The translations under genes and the position numbers were made by a program. The notes below the pieces were generated by a model. That model was not told the DNA's origin. It was given only the letters and a program-made list of their open reading frames with translations, and searched no databases. A stretch of DNA of 64,000 bases from Candidatus Eutrophovita brisbanensis (GTDB taxonomy: Bacteria; Pseudomonadota; Gammaproteobacteria; Burkholderiales; Eutrophovitaceae). Positions within the stretch are counted from its first letter, which is position 1; each line of letters opens with the position of its first letter. The stretch covers positions 577,437 to 641,436 of the forward strand of contig JAYQTM010000001.1 of NCBI GenBank assembly GCA_038147395.1, in the 5' to 3' direction. Positions 60,982 to 64,000 of this stretch are shown here, piece after piece.

Positions 60982-61335
60982 ATGGCTCGAATTGCTGGAG
61001 TTAATATCCCGGATCAAAAACACACTTGGATTGCACTAACCTCAATTTATGGTTTGGGCAGAACGCGCGCCTACAAAATATGTGAGAACGCGGGAATCAC
61101 CCCTTCCGTGAAAATCCGTGATTTGACTGAGGACGAGATCGAGAAATTGAGAGATCAGATTGGAACATTCGTTGTAGAGGGAGATCTCCGCCGAGAAGTA
61201 TCCATGAATATTAAACGACTCATGGATTTAGGCTCATATCGCGGCACTCGACATCGACGAGGATTACCAGTTAGGGGTCAGCGAACGAAAACAAACGCGC
61301 GTACCAGAAAAGGTGCGAAGCGAGCGATCAGATAA
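60982..61335 (+). CDS. rpsM: 30S ribosomal protein S13
   Basis: [30 protein letters not shown]. Confidence 0.98.
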   Translation: MARIAGVNIPDQKHTWIALTSIYGLGRTRAYKICENAGITPSVKIRDLTEDEIEKLRDQIGTFVVEGDLRREVSMNIKRLMDLGSYRGTRHRRGLPVRGQRTKTNARTRKGAKRAIR

Positions 61336-61381
61336 TCACTAGGAAATAAAACCAGTTTATTAGACGGGATGGAAAAATAGG

Positions 61382-61771
61382 ATGGCTAAAAACACCTCAA
61401 GGGTCCGTAAAAAAGTCAAGAAAAACGTTGTTGAAGGTATTGCGCACGTGCATGCCTCGTTCAACAACACCATTATTATGATTACGGATCGACAAGGTAA
61501 CGCGCTTTCATGGTCCACCTCAGGAGCTAACGGCTTCAAGGGATCAAGAAAAAGTACACCATTTGCGGCACAGGTTGCTGCAGAGGCAGCGGGTAAAGCT
61601 GCTCAGGAATGTGGCGTCAAGAATCTTGAAGTTCGCATTAAGGGTCCTGGTCCTGGAAGGGAATCTTCTGTCCGAGCATTAAATTCGGTTGGATTCAAGA
61701 TTACGAGTATTTCGGATGTCACTCCCGTTCCACACAATGGATGTCGTCCCCCGAAACGTCGAAGAATTTAA
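61382..61771 (+). CDS. rpsK: 30S ribosomal protein S11
   Basis: ...[30 protein letters not shown]... Confidence 0.98.
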   Translation: MAKNTSRVRKKVKKNVVEGIAHVHASFNNTIIMITDRQGNALSWSTSGANGFKGSRKSTPFAAQVAAEAAGKAAQECGVKNLEVRIKGPGPGRESSVRALNSVGFKITSISDVTPVPHNGCRPPKRRRI

Positions 61772-61781
61772 GGAGTTTTAA

Positions 61782-62408
61782 ATGGCTAGAAATACTGATC
61801 CGAAGTGCCGACAGTGTCGACGAGAAGGCGAAAAGCTGTTCCTGAAAGGCGAGAAGTGTTACACCGATAAGTGTGCAATCGAGAGACGTTCGTATGCTCC
61901 CGGTCAGCATGGTCAAAAAGGTGGCAGACTTTCTGATTTTGGTAGACAACTCCGAGAGAAACAAAAAATACGGCGTATCTATGGTGTACTGGAACGACAG
62001 TTTAGAAAAACCTATAAAGAGGCTGCGAGACGTAAAGGTGTTACCGGTGAACTGTTGCTCCAAGGTCTTGAGAGTCGACTTGACTCTGTGGCGCTGCGTA
62101 TGGGCTTTGGTGCTTCCCGCACTGAGGCGCGACAGATTGTTAGGCACAATTGTCTGAGTGTCAACGGTAGGAGAGTTAACATTCCTTCGTTTGTTGTCAA
62201 GCCGGGGGACACCGTTGAAATCTCGGAAAAGGCCAAATCGCATCTCAGGGTTAAAGCATCAATAGAAGCGGCTGAGGAGCGTGGCTTTCCGGATTGGGTA
62301 GAGGTCGATGTTAAAGGGCTTAAGGGCGTGTTCAAGGCCGTGCCTCAGCGCGCTGACCTACCATCAACAATCAACGAATCATTAGTGGTTGAGCTTTACT
62401 CGAAGTAA
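61782..62408 (+). CDS. rpsD: 30S ribosomal protein S4 (four-Cys Zn-ribbon N-terminus)
   Basis: [45 protein letters not shown]...[12 protein letters not shown]. Confidence 0.97.
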   Translation: MARNTDPKCRQCRREGEKLFLKGEKCYTDKCAIERRSYAPGQHGQKGGRLSDFGRQLREKQKIRRIYGVLERQFRKTYKEAARRKGVTGELLLQGLESRLDSVALRMGFGASRTEARQIVRHNCLSVNGRRVNIPSFVVKPGDTVEISEKAKSHLRVKASIEAAEERGFPDWVEVDVKGLKGVFKAVPQRADLPSTINESLVVELYSK

Positions 62409-62481
62409 TTTACGAATATAGGCCCCGTAGAGTAGTTCTACGTGGCTTTATTTTTCGAAACTTTTAAAAAGGGTCGAATAT

Positions 62482-63459
62482 ATGTATGGAAGTTTTTTGA
62501 AGCCTAAAATTGTTGACGTTCGTTTGACTTCTCCAGGTAGTGCCAAGATTATTATGGAGCCGTTTGAGCGAGGGTATGGACACACTCTTGGTAACGCCTT
62601 ACGCCGAGTTTTGCTTTCCTCGATGCCAGGGTTTGCTCCGACAGAAGTAAAAATCGATGGTGTATTGCACGAGTACTCAACACTTGAAGGTGTTCAAGAG
62701 GATGTTGTTGATATCCTTTTGAACCTGAAAGGTGTGGTTGTGAAACTTCACAACCGCGACGAGATCACCTTAACTCTGGCGAAAGAAGGGGAAGGTGCTG
62801 TTGTCGCCGGAGACATAGAGGCTAGTCATGACGTTGAAATCATAAACCCTGATCACGTTATTGCCCACCTGGCTCCAGGAGGAAAGATAAGTTTAGAGAT
62901 GAAGGTCCAAGGGGGCAGAGGATATGTCCCCGCGAATGTACGATCCGGAGATCAGGACGAGAACAGAATGATTGGTTCCTTGCTCCTAGACGCATCGTTC
63001 AGCCCTGTAACTAAGGTGAGCTATTCGGTTGAAAGTGCTCGTGTTGAGCAGAGAACCGATCTAGACAAGTTAGTGATTGATATAGAAACGAATGGTGCTG
63101 TCGATCCAGAGGAATCCGTTCGATTCGCTGCCAGAGTTTTAATGGAGCAGTTGTCCAGCTTTGCTGACCTGGAAGGCACGACAGAAGAGGAGCGAGCTCC
63201 AGATGCCCCCGAGATCGATCCAGAGTTATTACGTCCCGTTGATGATCTGGAATTGACTGTGCGGTCCGCAAACTGCCTTAAAGCTGAGAGCATTTACTAT
63301 ATCGGCGATCTTATACAAAGATCAGAAACGGAGTTGTTGAAGACTCCGAATCTAGGTCGAAAATCATTAAATGAGATTAAAGACGTCCTAGCGTCAAGAG
63401 GATTATCGCTAGGAATGCAGGTTGATCATTGGCCTTCGTCGCCACCCTCAGCGTCATAA
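62482..63459 (+). CDS. rpoA: DNA-directed RNA polymerase alpha subunit
   Basis: ...[26 protein letters not shown]...[45 protein letters not shown]. Confidence 0.98.
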   Translation: MYGSFLKPKIVDVRLTSPGSAKIIMEPFERGYGHTLGNALRRVLLSSMPGFAPTEVKIDGVLHEYSTLEGVQEDVVDILLNLKGVVVKLHNRDEITLTLAKEGEGAVVAGDIEASHDVEIINPDHVIAHLAPGGKISLEMKVQGGRGYVPANVRSGDQDENRMIGSLLLDASFSPVTKVSYSVESARVEQRTDLDKLVIDIETNGAVDPEESVRFAARVLMEQLSSFADLEGTTEEERAPDAPEIDPELLRPVDDLELTVRSANCLKAESIYYIGDLIQRSETELLKTPNLGRKSLNEIKDVLASRGLSLGMQVDHWPSSPPSAS

Positions 63460-63500
63460 AAACATTAACGAGATTTAGCTAAACAGGAAGGAAAACTCCA

Positions 63501-63899
63501 GTGCGACACCGTCTTGGACTTCGTAAATTAAACCGTACCAGCGCTCACAGAACCGCGATGTTTCGGAATATGACTAATTCTCTGTTGCGCCATGAGGCCA
63601 TAACGACAACATTGCCAAAAGCTAAAGAGTTGCGCAGAGTTGCAGAGCCGATTATTACCCTCGGAAAAAAAGCCACGGTTGCAAATAGAAGACTCGCTTT
63701 TTCACGCCTACGTGACCGCGAGATGGTTGTGAAGCTATTTGACGAGCTTGGCCCAAGGTTCTCGAATAGAAGCGGTGGTTATTTGAGGATTCTTAAGAAT
63801 GGGTTTCGGCATGGAGATAATGCGCCAATGGCGTTGGTTGAGTTGATGGATCGGCCCTCCTCGGAAACCGAGTCCGCTGCAGACGAGGCTAGCGAATAA
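63501..63899 (+). CDS. rplQ: 50S ribosomal protein L17 (GTG start)
   Basis: [46 protein letters not shown]. Confidence 0.97.
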   Translation: MRHRLGLRKLNRTSAHRTAMFRNMTNSLLRHEAITTTLPKAKELRRVAEPIITLGKKATVANRRLAFSRLRDREMVVKLFDELGPRFSNRSGGYLRILKNGFRHGDNAPMALVELMDRPSSETESAADEASE

Positions 63900-64000
63900 A
63901 TCGTAGATCGTAGGCTCCTGGACTGGGTTTTATCAGCCCTAAATTTGGTCTAAAACGACAGACCTTAAGAAGTTTCCTGTCGCACTGTTTGTTTTGGAAA

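Overview
This is a 64-kb chromosomal segment of a proteobacterium. Gene order and the RpoB, RpoD and TsaD sequences look beta/gamma-proteobacterial, but the taxon cannot be fixed from the sequence alone.

About two thirds is core information-processing DNA:
- trmD (5' partial)-rplS, ogt-xerD and plsY.
- tsaD, divergent from the rpsU-yqeY-dnaG-rpoD operon, followed by a tRNA(CAU).
- From about 31.9 kb, an uninterrupted run: tRNA-Tyr/Gly/Thr-tuf-tRNA-Trp-secE-nusG-rplKAJL-rpoBC-rpsLG-fusA-tuf, then the S10, spc and alpha operons through rplQ.

Between the tRNA(CAU) at 9.1 kb and the tRNA cluster at 32 kb lies a ~22.8-kb accessory block rich in exported or envelope proteins. It contains:
- an FGE-fold protein and a sulfatase-fold protein, both lacking the canonical catalytic residues;
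- a ClC channel and an LldD-like FMN alpha-hydroxyacid dehydrogenase;
- a six-gene MoxR AAA+/DUF58/BatA_N-VWA operon, headed by an acidic coiled-coil membrane protein and followed by an 11-repeat Sel1 protein;
- a hydroxyacid-type cluster with two LarA-family genes (one canonical, one divergent), two enolase-superfamily (MR/MLE) genes, a TNAP-like alkaline phosphatase and a RidA-like gene.

The best candidates for undescribed biology are the MoxR/VWA envelope operon, the tandem LarA + MR/MLE cluster, and the catalytically dead sulfatase/FGE pair.

Four conserved genes (rplS, tsaD, ridA-like, rpsH) carry single-nucleotide frame problems. Three sit at homopolymer runs, so sequencing artefact is the most economical explanation.

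I recognised no CRISPR array, transposase, phage gene or toxin-antitoxin pair. The only recombinase is the housekeeping xerD.
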